From positions 1-40,245 of the forward strand of contig CAMWWW010000001.1 in assembly GCA_947178015.1 (NCBI GenBank): a stretch of DNA of 40,245 bases. The letters run 5' to 3'. The translations under genes and the position numbers were made by a program. The notes under the pieces were generated by a model, which worked only from the letters and a program-made list of their open reading frames with translations, had not been told where the DNA came from and did not search any database. The DNA is from an uncultured Clostridia bacterium. GTDB lineage: Bacteria; Bacillota; Clostridia; Lachnospirales; Lachnospiraceae. This document shows, one piece after another, positions 1-9,085 of the stretch. Every line of letters starts with the position of its first letter. The stretch's first letter is position 1.

Positions 1-170
1 CAAGGCACCTATTGAAAAACGTCGGCAGTTAGCGAGGTAGTTCACGAGCTTAGTGCCCGCTACGTTTTTCACTAAGCGAGAGCGGGGTGACGGAGGACTA
101 TAGGCGATTCTCTGCGCGGACCCTTTCCGAAAATGACTATACAACTTATCTTTACAAAAACTTATACGTT
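1..170 (-). repeat. Structured interspersed repeat, copy A (reads 170->1 on the minus strand; cut by the window edge)
   Basis: The reverse complement of 1-150 aligns with 39812-39960. The two share the 5' flank ataagttgtatagtcattttcgg and a 92-nt core that differs at 9 positions. The 25-nt arm at 93-117 is the exact reverse complement of 40214-40238. Confidence 0.85.
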
Positions 171-241
171 TAGGTAACTTCCATCGCCCAGTAAAAGGCA
201 ATTAAATTAGATCCGACAAATAGAATATCTCTCAAACTATA

Positions 242-1336
242 TTAATCCCCGCCAAGTCCGCTGTCACTCTTAATCTTGCTGCTTATCTCCTTTACTTTTT
301 CTGACACCTGATACTCCTGTGCGCCAAACAGCCACTCATGCAGTTTGCTCACATTCTTCTCCAGATTCAGAGGTATTACACAATCTCCTTTACTTCCCAT
401 ATCTTTGCTCTGCAAATCAAACGGGAAACCCGTATTATCCACCAGCTCATATTTAGCAGCATCTTTTGCAAGATTATAGATCTCTGTCACCTCAAGGCTG
501 GTTGATACATTAGGCAGCACCTTATCAATCAAGGAATTTAATGTGAGCAGATCCGCCTTCTTCGCTTTCTCCACAATCTTTGAGATTACCAGTCGCTGAC
601 GTTCTGTTCTTCTGTAATCGTCTCCTTTGGTCTGTCGGATTCGACAGTAGGAAGTTGCCTGAAGCCCATTTAGATGCACAAGCCCTGATTCATTGAGCGG
701 CACGATCTCCTTCCCTGTAATCTTGCTTGTCTCTGTCATATATCCGTTTATATACTGGCGCTCATAGTCATTAATTTCTATATCAATGCCGCCAAGTGCG
801 TCAATTGTGTCAATGAGAGCAGAAAAATTCACGGACACAAAGTCTGTAATATCTAAATCCAGATTTGTATTTAGCAGATTGATGGACATCTTCGGTCCGC
901 CATAGAAATAGGCAAGATTCGCTTTGTCATACCTAATATCCTCATCTCTTGGAATCATAAGATAAGAATCTCGGTATACAGATACCAGCTTTACCTCATG
1001 CGTCTTATTGTTAATACTGGCGACTATCATCGTATCACTTCGATTTCCATCATCCAAACTCTCATCTCTGGAATCTATTCCAAACAGTGCAATATTGGTG
1101 TACTCCTTTAAGGTCGTATTGTCCTTCACCTGAGGATTAAAATGAATGTCCTTGTCTGCATTAATCGGCGTGATATTCAGCTTGTCAAACTTTAGTGCCA
1201 CATAGGCCCCCACCAGCAGCACAAGGATTAACAGCCCCTCAAACAACAAAAGTATCCGCTTTCTTCTTTTCCTTCTCGCCTTTTTCTTTGCAATGCGAGC
1301 CCTTCTTCGCTCCTGTTCACGTTCCCTCTCAGCCAT
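242..1336 (-). CDS. LytR-CpsA-Psr (LCP) family cell-wall glycopolymer ligase
   Basis: 364-aa ORF with a basic N-terminus and one TM helix. The LCP core motifs are present: FGIDSRD...RSDTMIVASIN...YRRTERQR. Confidence 0.9.
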   Translation of the reverse strand: MAEREREQERRRARIAKKKARRKRRKRILLLFEGLLILVLLVGAYVALKFDKLNITPINADKDIHFNPQVKDNTTLKEYTNIALFGIDSRDESLDDGNRSDTMIVASINNKTHEVKLVSVYRDSYLMIPRDEDIRYDKANLAYFYGGPKMSINLLNTNLDLDITDFVSVNFSALIDTIDALGGIDIEINDYERQYINGYMTETSKITGKEIVPLNESGLVHLNGLQATSYCRIRQTKGDDYRRTERQRLVISKIVEKAKKADLLTLNSLIDKVLPNVSTSLEVTEIYNLAKDAAKYELVDNTGFPFDLQSKDMGSKGDCVIPLNLEKNVSKLHEWLFGAQEYQVSEKVKEISSKIKSDSGLGGD

Positions 1337-1350
1337 GTTGTATATCCTCC

Positions 1351-2751
1351 CTAATAGGCATTTTTATTGATAAATCCCTTAAATAATGTAAGAAACAATA
1401 TCTTTACGTCAAATCCCATCGTCCAGTTTTCAATATAATACAGATCGCAGTCAATGCGCTTGCGTATGGAGGTATCTCCACGATACCCATTGATCTGCGC
1501 CCAGCCCGTCATGCCCGGACGTACCTGATGCTTGACCATATAGCGCGGTATCTCCTCGCGGAATTTCTCTACATAAAAGGGGCGCTCCGGCCTTGGCCCC
1601 ACAAGGCTCATATTTCCAATGAGTACATTGTAAAACTGCGGCATCTCATCAATACTGAACTTACGGATTATCCTTCCTATCGGCGTGACGCGGGGATCGT
1701 TCTGCTTTGTCCAACCATTTTTCTCCTCCTTCACTTCCATTGAGCGAAACTTGTACATCTTAAATGCTTTATTGTGAAGCCCTACTCGCTCTTGAGAATA
1801 GATCACAGGTCCGGGAGAAGTCAGCTTAATTAACAGCGCAGCCGTGAGCATAATGGGGGAGAACAGGATCAGGCAGCCAATCGCTCCCACAATATCCATC
1901 CCGCGCTTTATCACCATATTCAGCGTGTTGGTCAGCGGGACATGGCGTATATTGATCACAGGAAGCCCCAGCAGATCCTCTGTATATGGCTTTGTTGGTA
2001 TAATATGGTTATAATCCGGGATAAACTTCGTATGTACACCGGATTTTTCACACATATTTACAATCTCCTCCAGTCTCGCATATTCCGAGATACTCAGCGT
2101 GATCGCTATCTCATCCAGCTTATTTTCTGGCAGAATCACCATTAGATTGTCGATGCAGCCAAGCACTCTCACTCCTTTGTACTCTGTTCCTGCCGGAACC
2201 TTATCATCGAGAATTCCTCTCACAACATAGCCCCACTGTGGATTCGACTCAATCCGGTCAATATATCCCTCCATCGCGCGGCTGTAGCCGACCAGCAGGA
2301 TGTGCTTCAGATTAAAGCCCCTCTCCCGCATGGAGCGGAGCACATAGCGGATGGCATTTCTTCCTAATGTCTCCAGCACAATATTTATGGCGTAAAAGAT
2401 CGCGATCATCCATCTGGAAAAATCTGGCATCTCAATCAGATATAATACGACGATAAAGATAGCCAACCCCACTGTATTTGCCTTGACTATATTGGAAAAT
2501 TCCAGTCTTCTTCCCTGTACGCGCTTTGGTGTATAAAGACGAAATGCTGTGTACAAAATCAAGTAAGCAGGAATTATCAAAGGAAGAGGGAACATATAGA
2601 CCGCCGTACTCAGACGCTCCTCCGCCCCCGTAACTGGAAAAATTCCTGACTCCAGACGGATATAATATGCCAGTATATAGGAAATAGCTATGATGCACGC
2701 ATCCATCACCACATGGAACCTGTTAAAATACTTCTGGTTATCCTTTATCAA
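1351..2751 (-). CDS. Polyprenyl-phosphate sugar-phosphate transferase (priming enzyme, WcaJ/EpsL-type bacterial sugar transferase)
   Basis: 466 aa with N-terminal TM helices. The C-terminal signature is PGPVIYSQERVG...FKMYKFRSM...DEMPQFYNVLIGNMSLVGPRPERP. TTG start with AGGAGA about 10 nt upstream. Confidence 0.9.
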   Translation of the reverse strand: MIKDNQKYFNRFHVVMDACIIAISYILAYYIRLESGIFPVTGAEERLSTAVYMFPLPLIIPAYLILYTAFRLYTPKRVQGRRLEFSNIVKANTVGLAIFIVVLYLIEMPDFSRWMIAIFYAINIVLETLGRNAIRYVLRSMRERGFNLKHILLVGYSRAMEGYIDRIESNPQWGYVVRGILDDKVPAGTEYKGVRVLGCIDNLMVILPENKLDEIAITLSISEYARLEEIVNMCEKSGVHTKFIPDYNHIIPTKPYTEDLLGLPVINIRHVPLTNTLNMVIKRGMDIVGAIGCLILFSPIMLTAALLIKLTSPGPVIYSQERVGLHNKAFKMYKFRSMEVKEEKNGWTKQNDPRVTPIGRIIRKFSIDEMPQFYNVLIGNMSLVGPRPERPFYVEKFREEIPRYMVKHQVRPGMTGWAQINGYRGDTSIRKRIDCDLYYIENWTMGFDVKILFLTLFKGFINKNAY

Positions 2752-2860
2752 GCTCTCACCGTCTCCTTTCCCTTATTCCGTACTATCATACATCTTTCGC
2801 CATAAAAGTACAATCAAAAAAAGCTGTCTCAATTCTTAATATTTGATTAAAGTTACCAAA

Positions 2861-3838
2861 TTAGACATGAAGCTTCCTTCTTATAAGCTCATATAGATAC
2901 AAAAAAAGGTTGCCGAAAAGCTCTATTTCCAGCATAATGTAGTTTTTTATATGTTTTTTGCAAAATGGCACCTTCTTCACTCGATCCAGAGTGCGAAAAC
3001 CCTCAAACAACCCTTCGATATAGGTGCTTCCAAAGCCTATTTTGGCAAAATAAAGCCATTTTACAAGCCAGCCGGAAAGCAAAGCCGGAAAATTTAGGAT
3101 AAGCTGTACAAGCGGCATATTCTTATAATTTAGGTACACACTATTGCGGGAGGAATGGCGCACCTTAAATTCATTGTATTTCGACCCGCTTGTCGCACTT
3201 CCGACATGATACACCACGGCGGACGGACAGAACAGATTTTTATATCCATAGATCTTGGCGCGATAGCCAATGTCCATGTCCTCCAGATAGGCAAAGTGAT
3301 TTTCGTCAAAATATCCTATCTTCTCAAATACCTCGCGCCTGTATATCGCCGCTCCTGCGCAGGAGGAAAACACAGAAGCTGCCTTTTGATAATATTTTGC
3401 CTCGCGCCCTACGCCGCGCTGGAACTGCCAGCCGACAATGCTGTACATATCCCCGGCATCATCCATAAGCTCCCTGTGATGATAATTCAGCATCTTGCTG
3501 CTGACGGAGAAAATCCGCCGATCTTTTTTGATCATGCGGTACAGCTCTTTCACAAAGTCTTTGTCTGCCTCTGTGTCATTGTTCAGCAGGAGCACATATC
3601 TCGTTTTTGACATGTGGATTCCCGTGTTTACTGCATTGCAGAAGCCATAATTTCTGTCTCTCTCAATCAGCTTCACCCATGGATATTCCTGCCGTATATA
3701 ATTGACACTTCCGTCTGTGGAGCCATTGTCAACCACCATCGTCACAAAATCAGCCCTGCTCTGTGCTTTTATGGAATCCAGACAGGCCTTTAACAAATGC
3801 TTTCCATTATAATTTGGAATAATTACCGTCACGTCCAT
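2861..3838 (-). CDS. Glycosyltransferase family 2
   Basis: 325 aa with the GT2 N-terminus VTVIIPNYNG...VVDNGSTDGS...LLNNDTE. Its start overlaps the stop of the upstream gene by 10 nt. Confidence 0.9.
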   Translation of the reverse strand: MDVTVIIPNYNGKHLLKACLDSIKAQSRADFVTMVVDNGSTDGSVNYIRQEYPWVKLIERDRNYGFCNAVNTGIHMSKTRYVLLLNNDTEADKDFVKELYRMIKKDRRIFSVSSKMLNYHHRELMDDAGDMYSIVGWQFQRGVGREAKYYQKAASVFSSCAGAAIYRREVFEKIGYFDENHFAYLEDMDIGYRAKIYGYKNLFCPSAVVYHVGSATSGSKYNEFKVRHSSRNSVYLNYKNMPLVQLILNFPALLSGWLVKWLYFAKIGFGSTYIEGLFEGFRTLDRVKKVPFCKKHIKNYIMLEIELFGNLFLYLYELIRRKLHV

Positions 3839-5718
3839 TCTCTGCCGCTCTCCTTCTCTACCTCTTTTCTCACAAGCTCCATATAATACCCCGTCGGCTT
3901 TAAGCGCTCCTTTTTTGTCTTTAAGGAAAAATCAGCCCTCTCAAGCGTCAAATTTGGATTATAATATGGATCGCCCTTTTGTACTATTTCCTTCCAGCGT
4001 TCCCCAAAGATCAAGATCTCCTTATGAAAACGAAGCACCTTCTCCGGTGTGTCCTCCGCGCCTCTGGACTTTGACTCATAGTGATATGCCTCTGCATATG
4101 GATTATATACGATAAGCTTGCCCCGTTCTCTTAATTTCATGCAATAATCAATATCGTTAAACGCCACAGAAAGCTCCATGCTCAGACCGCCCACGCTTCT
4201 ATAATCCTCCGCCCTCGTCAGCATACACGCCGCCGTCACTGCGCTGTAATCCTGCTGACACATCGCGCGGGCAAAATATCCCAGCTCCTCCCGCCTCTGA
4301 TTGACAAAAGCATGGCCTGCGATCCCGCCAAAGCCGATTACCACACCTGCATGCTGGATGGTATTATCTGCAAAATAAAGCCTAGCTCCGACGGCACCAA
4401 CCTCCTGACGCATCGCAAAGCCCATCATCTCCCGCAGCGTCTCCGTTCCAATCAGCTCAATATCGTTGTTTAATAATAGCAGATACTCTCCCTGCGCAAA
4501 GCCAGCGCCGAAATTATTAATGGCAGAATAATGAAAGCCGCCCTCGCCCTTCCATGTCACCACCTTCACCTGCTTGTTCTCTTTTTCCAGCTTTTTATAG
4601 TAAGCGAAGGTTTCTGCATTTTCGCTGTTATTTTCGATAATGAGTATTTCCTTATTCTGGTAAGAAGAACGCTCAAGGCTCTGTAAGCATTTCTCCAAAT
4701 CCTCAATGTGATCCTTATTGGGGATCAACACCGATACCAAAGGCTCTCTGTCCCATTGGTATCTTGTCCGATAAATGCCGGGAGAGATGCCATCCTCCGG
4801 CACTGCCGGCAGCCCAAGCCTTTGATAATGCGCAAGAAGCGCTTTTTTGCCTGCCTCAAAGGCATATCGTTTGCTCTCTGGGTTCTCTGCCGTCGAATTC
4901 TCATGTGCACGCCAATGATAAAGAACCTTTGGAATGTGCACAATATGCTCTGTCTGCTCGACAGCGCGCAATATATAATCATAGTCCTGCGCTCCGTTCA
5001 TTTCTGGCAGAAAGCCGCCTATCCTGTCCGCAAGCTCTTTTTTTATGATACATAAATGACAAATATAATTTACGCTCCGCAGCAGATCTATATTAAAATC
5101 TGGCTTAAAATGCGGCATAAAATATTTTCCTGTTCGAATATCGAGCTTATCCTCATCGCTGTACAAAAGCTCTGCTCCATTCTCCGCCGCCTTAGCCGCC
5201 TCATATAACGCATCCTCTGACAAGGTATCGTCATGATCCAAAAAAACAAGATACTCCCCTGATGCGAGAGCAAGCGCCTGATTGGTATTTTCCGGTATGG
5301 GAAGCGCTTTATCAGAACGGATATAGCGGATATTGGGATAACTTCTGCGATACTCCTCCACTATCCGCTCCAAATCAGCCTCCTCACCCGCTGCCGTCCC
5401 TGAACCGTCGGAAAGGCACAGCTCCCAGTTGGAATAAGTCTGTCGTATCACGGACGCAATCATCTCTCTCAGATACTTCTCCGGCGTGCGATAAAGCGGC
5501 ACAATAATGCTGAAAAGCGGCATGGTCTCCCATGTCGCATTTCTCTGCCTGTCAAGCTCCTCCTTGGACGGTCCATTCTCTTCCTGCCATTTGTGATATT
5601 CTATGGCAGGTCGAAGTCTGGCCTTAAGCTTTTTATAAAAGGCTGCCACTCCCTCCTCCCTCAAAGTCTGAAATCCTTTTACAAAGGTCTGGGCTGTCAG
5701 CTTTTCTGCCAGTTTCAT
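3829..5718 (-). CDS. Two-domain glycosyltransferase (tandem GT2 modules)
   Basis: 629 aa with two GT2 cores. The first is FSIIVPLYRTPEKYL...FLDHDD. The second is VSVLIPNKDHIEDL...LLLNNDIE. Confidence 0.9.
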   Translation of the reverse strand: MKLAEKLTAQTFVKGFQTLREEGVAAFYKKLKARLRPAIEYHKWQEENGPSKEELDRQRNATWETMPLFSIIVPLYRTPEKYLREMIASVIRQTYSNWELCLSDGSGTAAGEEADLERIVEEYRRSYPNIRYIRSDKALPIPENTNQALALASGEYLVFLDHDDTLSEDALYEAAKAAENGAELLYSDEDKLDIRTGKYFMPHFKPDFNIDLLRSVNYICHLCIIKKELADRIGGFLPEMNGAQDYDYILRAVEQTEHIVHIPKVLYHWRAHENSTAENPESKRYAFEAGKKALLAHYQRLGLPAVPEDGISPGIYRTRYQWDREPLVSVLIPNKDHIEDLEKCLQSLERSSYQNKEILIIENNSENAETFAYYKKLEKENKQVKVVTWKGEGGFHYSAINNFGAGFAQGEYLLLLNNDIELIGTETLREMMGFAMRQEVGAVGARLYFADNTIQHAGVVIGFGGIAGHAFVNQRREELGYFARAMCQQDYSAVTAACMLTRAEDYRSVGGLSMELSVAFNDIDYCMKLRERGKLIVYNPYAEAYHYESKSRGAEDTPEKVLRFHKEILIFGERWKEIVQKGDPYYNPNLTLERADFSLKTKKERLKPTGYYMELVRKEVEKESGREWT

Positions 5719-5798
5719 AATGTTTTATACCCTCTAATCTGTTCTATCGTGCACTTGTCATGCTTGTTATCGTCTATTTCTGCCACTGCCACTTTCAT
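5715..5798 (-). CDS. Possible 27-aa leader/small ORF (MKVAVAEIDDNKHDKCTIEQIRGYKTL), below the ORF-track cutoff
   Basis: The ATG at 5798 is preceded by GTGAGGAAC 3-4 nt upstream. Its TGA stop overlaps the ATG of the dual-GT2 gene as an ATGA junction. There is no homology evidence. Confidence 0.25.
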   Translation of the reverse strand: MKVAVAEIDDNKHDKCTIEQIRGYKTL

Positions 5799-5878
5799 AT
5801 GTTCCTCACTTTCTCCTAGCTTTTTCTGCTAGTCAACGCAGATATTCCCTATCCGTCCCGCCGCCTGCTCATAATCTA

Positions 5879-7156
5879 TCAGCCATATACTTCCTTTTCA
5901 CCACATGCCTCATTTTTCTTAAGCTGCTTGTATACGGGAAAAGCTAACATAAAAAATCGCGCTGTATTTGCTGCCAGCGTGCCCACTGCAAGCCCCGTAA
6001 GCCCAAAGCTTCCCGCTCCGATATACGCCGAGGCGATAAAAAGAACCGCATAACTTACCTCCACCTTTACCTGAAGCCTCATCGGACATAAGCGAATCGC
6101 CAGCATATTTACAATGCTGCAACTATAATATACGATTTGCGCCAAATTTCCAATATCCATAATAGGCAGACATGCCAGATAAGAGGAGGGGTACAATACA
6201 TATACCATCACTCTTGAGACGACAAGGCCCGCCGTAAAAAATAAAAGGATCGCGCCCAAAGAACCTGCAACTACTCGGTTCACCATGCGCCTGTCAAGAG
6301 GCAGAAGCCCCTTGGAGATATTGCTTAAAAGCACCGCCGTAATGGGAGGAATCACCAAAGCCACACATTTCCCATAGGTGGTGGAGATATAATAGATGCT
6401 TACCAGCTCATCGCTTAACAGCCACGCTACTAGAAAACGATCCAGATAAATCAATGCATAGCTTACCAGATAGGAGGATGTCAACGTCATGGTATTTCTT
6501 GCAATCTGACGAAATCTTTCAGAAAACTCCCCGGCCGCACTGCGCACATGCCGCACTGCAAACGCCTTCCCCGCTATACCTGCATACAGAACGGCTGCCG
6601 CCTCTCCCAGTATTAGAATGAGATACCACGGCGCACCCATGGTAAAAAACCAATATCCTGCCAGATATCCTGCCGCCATCAGAATGGAGGACAAAAGAAT
6701 CCTTCGGTAATTTATCTCAATCCGAAACATACATTCTGAATACAAACGAAGCATCATCAGCGCGCCAGCAAGGCCCAGCATAGCGCCATTTACCATACTC
6801 TCCTGTTCCAGCGCCACCGCATAAAAAAACAGCACAAAAAACGTGACAGCCGCCTCCACCGCGGCAATCACGCGGTATCCCGCCGCACGGCTCTCATCCT
6901 TGGACTGATTCAGCACGCGAATATGATTCAGCGCCTCTCCAAAGCTGTAAGCAAGGATACTGATATATCCCAAAACCAGCACATAATGCCCAAAACCAGA
7001 ATCCCCCATGCGGACATTCATCCACGGTTCAATCAGAAACTTTAACACAAGGAAAAAAATTACCTTGGCCCCAATCGAAAGTACTCCATCTTGAACCATC
7101 TTATTTGTCAGAAGTGTCTTGATCCTCTTCAAAATTAATTCTCTCCTCTTCCACAA
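5879..7156 (-). CDS. Polysaccharide/oligosaccharide flippase-like polytopic membrane protein (Wzx/MOP-like)
   Basis: 425-aa ORF that is hydrophobic throughout, with roughly 10-12 predicted helices, in a glycan-locus context. The start is uncertain. A TTG at 7132 follows AGGAGA by 8 nt, and there is an ATG at 7099. Confidence 0.7.
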   Translation of the reverse strand: MWKRRELILKRIKTLLTNKMVQDGVLSIGAKVIFFLVLKFLIEPWMNVRMGDSGFGHYVLVLGYISILAYSFGEALNHIRVLNQSKDESRAAGYRVIAAVEAAVTFFVLFFYAVALEQESMVNGAMLGLAGALMMLRLYSECMFRIEINYRRILLSSILMAAGYLAGYWFFTMGAPWYLILILGEAAAVLYAGIAGKAFAVRHVRSAAGEFSERFRQIARNTMTLTSSYLVSYALIYLDRFLVAWLLSDELVSIYYISTTYGKCVALVIPPITAVLLSNISKGLLPLDRRMVNRVVAGSLGAILLFFTAGLVVSRVMVYVLYPSSYLACLPIMDIGNLAQIVYYSCSIVNMLAIRLCPMRLQVKVEVSYAVLFIASAYIGAGSFGLTGLAVGTLAANTARFFMLAFPVYKQLKKNEACGEKEVYG

Positions 7157-8060
7157 CCAGCGGCCGCTTCATAATGCGTGCGTTCATGGTCAAGATATAT
7201 TCCCCAAGCAGCCCAACAAAAAATAACTGTATCGATCCCAGCACAAACATTCCTATCAGCACGGGCGCCATCCCTGCCGTAAACCAATCCCAGTAGATCA
7301 GCTTCATCACCAGATAAACCACAGCGATTATCATGCTGATCACAGAACAGATACATCCAAAAAATGTGGCAAGCCGAAGCCCTGCCTTTGTGTACGAGGT
7401 AATACTTAGCATGGCTGCATCATAGAGGCGGTAAAAATTATTGCTGGTCTTGCCGGCGCGGCGCTTTGGCTGCTCGTATTCAATATCCTTCCTGCGAAAT
7501 CCCAGCTCCGCCACAATTCCCCGAAGAAAAGGCGTCGGATCGTCTAACTGCTTTAATACCTCTATAAATTTTCTGTCATACAATCCAAATCCCGTAAAAT
7601 GCTCTATCTGTTCCACATCGGACAGCTTCTTAATAAGCTTATAATAACAGCTTCGAAGAAAGTACATCATCTTATTTTCCTTGCTGCTGGTCTTGATGCC
7701 GGAAACAATCCGAAACCCTTTCTCCCACTCTGCGACAAATCGTGGGATCAGCTCCACGGGGTCTTGAAAATCCGCCACCAGCAATATCGCGCAATCTCCT
7801 GTCGCCTGCAAAAGCCCGTAATACGGCGACTTAAACTGCCCAAAATTCTTGGCGTTTAGTATCGCCTTAATCCTATGATTCTTTTCGCACAATCCCCGCA
7901 GCAATTCCCTTGTACTATCCTGAGAATCATTATCTATAAATATAATTTCATAATCATATTGTGGAAGAGATTTCTTAAATTCTGCTATCACTGCCTCACT
8001 AATAGGACCTACATTCTCCTCCTCATTATAACATGGAATTACCACACTGATTTTCTTCAT
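7101..8060 (-). CDS. GT2 polyprenyl-phosphate glycosyltransferase (GtrB/ArnC/CsbB-like)
   Basis: From MKKISVVIPCYNEEENV the protein has a GT2 core followed by two C-terminal TM helices, as is typical of GtrB-type enzymes. The ATG at 8060 is preceded by GAGGAA. The longer ORF-track start at 8180 overlaps the upstream gene. Confidence 0.85.
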   Translation of the reverse strand: MKKISVVIPCYNEEENVGPISEAVIAEFKKSLPQYDYEIIFIDNDSQDSTRELLRGLCEKNHRIKAILNAKNFGQFKSPYYGLLQATGDCAILLVADFQDPVELIPRFVAEWEKGFRIVSGIKTSSKENKMMYFLRSCYYKLIKKLSDVEQIEHFTGFGLYDRKFIEVLKQLDDPTPFLRGIVAELGFRRKDIEYEQPKRRAGKTSNNFYRLYDAAMLSITSYTKAGLRLATFFGCICSVISMIIAVVYLVMKLIYWDWFTAGMAPVLIGMFVLGSIQLFFVGLLGEYILTMNARIMKRPLVVEEERINFEEDQDTSDK

Positions 8061-8067
8061 CTTTTCC

Positions 8068-9060
8068 TCATTTCTGCGCCGCTCTTTCACGCTCCACCGC
8101 TCCGGCCGCCGCCTGCACGACAGAGCGCTTCCACGCAACCGTTTCCCGAATTCCCTCCTCAAAGGTATAGTTTGGCACAAAGCCTGTATCCTTTGTCAAT
8201 TCACGAATATCTGCACACAGATACATCACCTGTCCCGGACGGTAGGGAAGCTCTCCTATTCCAAGCGCAGCAGACGGCTCCACCGCATCGCGGAGCTGCG
8301 TGATATAGTTTTTTAACTGCTTCACCTGCCCGCTGCCAAGTGGATAGACACTCCCATCCTTCCCCCTCACAGAGGCAAGATAGAGCGCCCGCGCCGCGTC
8401 TTTTACATAGAGATAATCCCAGAGCTGCTCACCCTTAGAAAATACTGGCCTTTCGCCCCTTATCAGAGCGTCAATGGCAGACATCACCATCGTCTTCTCT
8501 GTATCCCACGGTCCATAGATACTTAAGATCCGCATCCAAATATGGCTTATTCCCAGCTCTCTGCTATAAATTCGGCTCATTTGTCCCGCGGCAAGCTTGG
8601 CGATCCCATAGCCATTTTCAGGAAAGGCAGGCGTGTCCCCCGCAAGGCGCACCCCATCCTTCACTCTCCCGTATTCCGCCTGAGAACCAGCGCCCACAAA
8701 CACCTGACAGCCAAGCCGGCTGGCAAGCTTGACTGCATCCAGCGTACAGCGGATATTTTGGTTTTGAAGAAACATCTGATTTCTCTCCTCTCCAAAAGTT
8801 CCCGCCCATCCCAGATGGAAAAACGCATCCGCCGAACCAACCACATCCGAAAGCTGCTCGAATGTTCTTTCTTCCTTTAAGTCTTCCAGCTCTATCGCAA
8901 TCTTATGCAGCTTATCTGACTCCAAAAGCCTTGCCGCTTTTTTTGAGCCCGGACGGACACATGCTGCCACCGTGATGCCCTCGGCGCAGAGAAGCTGCGC
9001 CAGTGCCGTCCCTATCATTCCAGTCGCCCCGGTAATTACGGCTGTCTTTATCTCTCTCAT
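8068..9060 (-). CDS. NAD(P)-dependent epimerase/dehydratase/reductase (extended SDR)
   Basis: 330 aa with the Rossmann motif VITGATGMIGTAL and the catalytic YGIAK (YxxxK) motif. Confidence 0.9.
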   Translation of the reverse strand: MREIKTAVITGATGMIGTALAQLLCAEGITVAACVRPGSKKAARLLESDKLHKIAIELEDLKEERTFEQLSDVVGSADAFFHLGWAGTFGEERNQMFLQNQNIRCTLDAVKLASRLGCQVFVGAGSQAEYGRVKDGVRLAGDTPAFPENGYGIAKLAAGQMSRIYSRELGISHIWMRILSIYGPWDTEKTMVMSAIDALIRGERPVFSKGEQLWDYLYVKDAARALYLASVRGKDGSVYPLGSGQVKQLKNYITQLRDAVEPSAALGIGELPYRPGQVMYLCADIRELTKDTGFVPNYTFEEGIRETVAWKRSVVQAAAGAVERERAAQK

Positions 9061-9085
9061 AAAATTCCCTGCCCAACAAAACGAT

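Noticed and set aside
7101-8180. Long N-terminal extensions given by the ORF track. These include 7101-8180, 11127-12740, 12771-13289, 23842-24333, 25020-27350, 37780-38775 and 38831-39754.
   Set aside because: Each has an internal ATG with a strong SD sequence at the point where the family-typical N-terminus begins. The extensions overlap upstream genes or terminators, so the shorter coordinates are reported.
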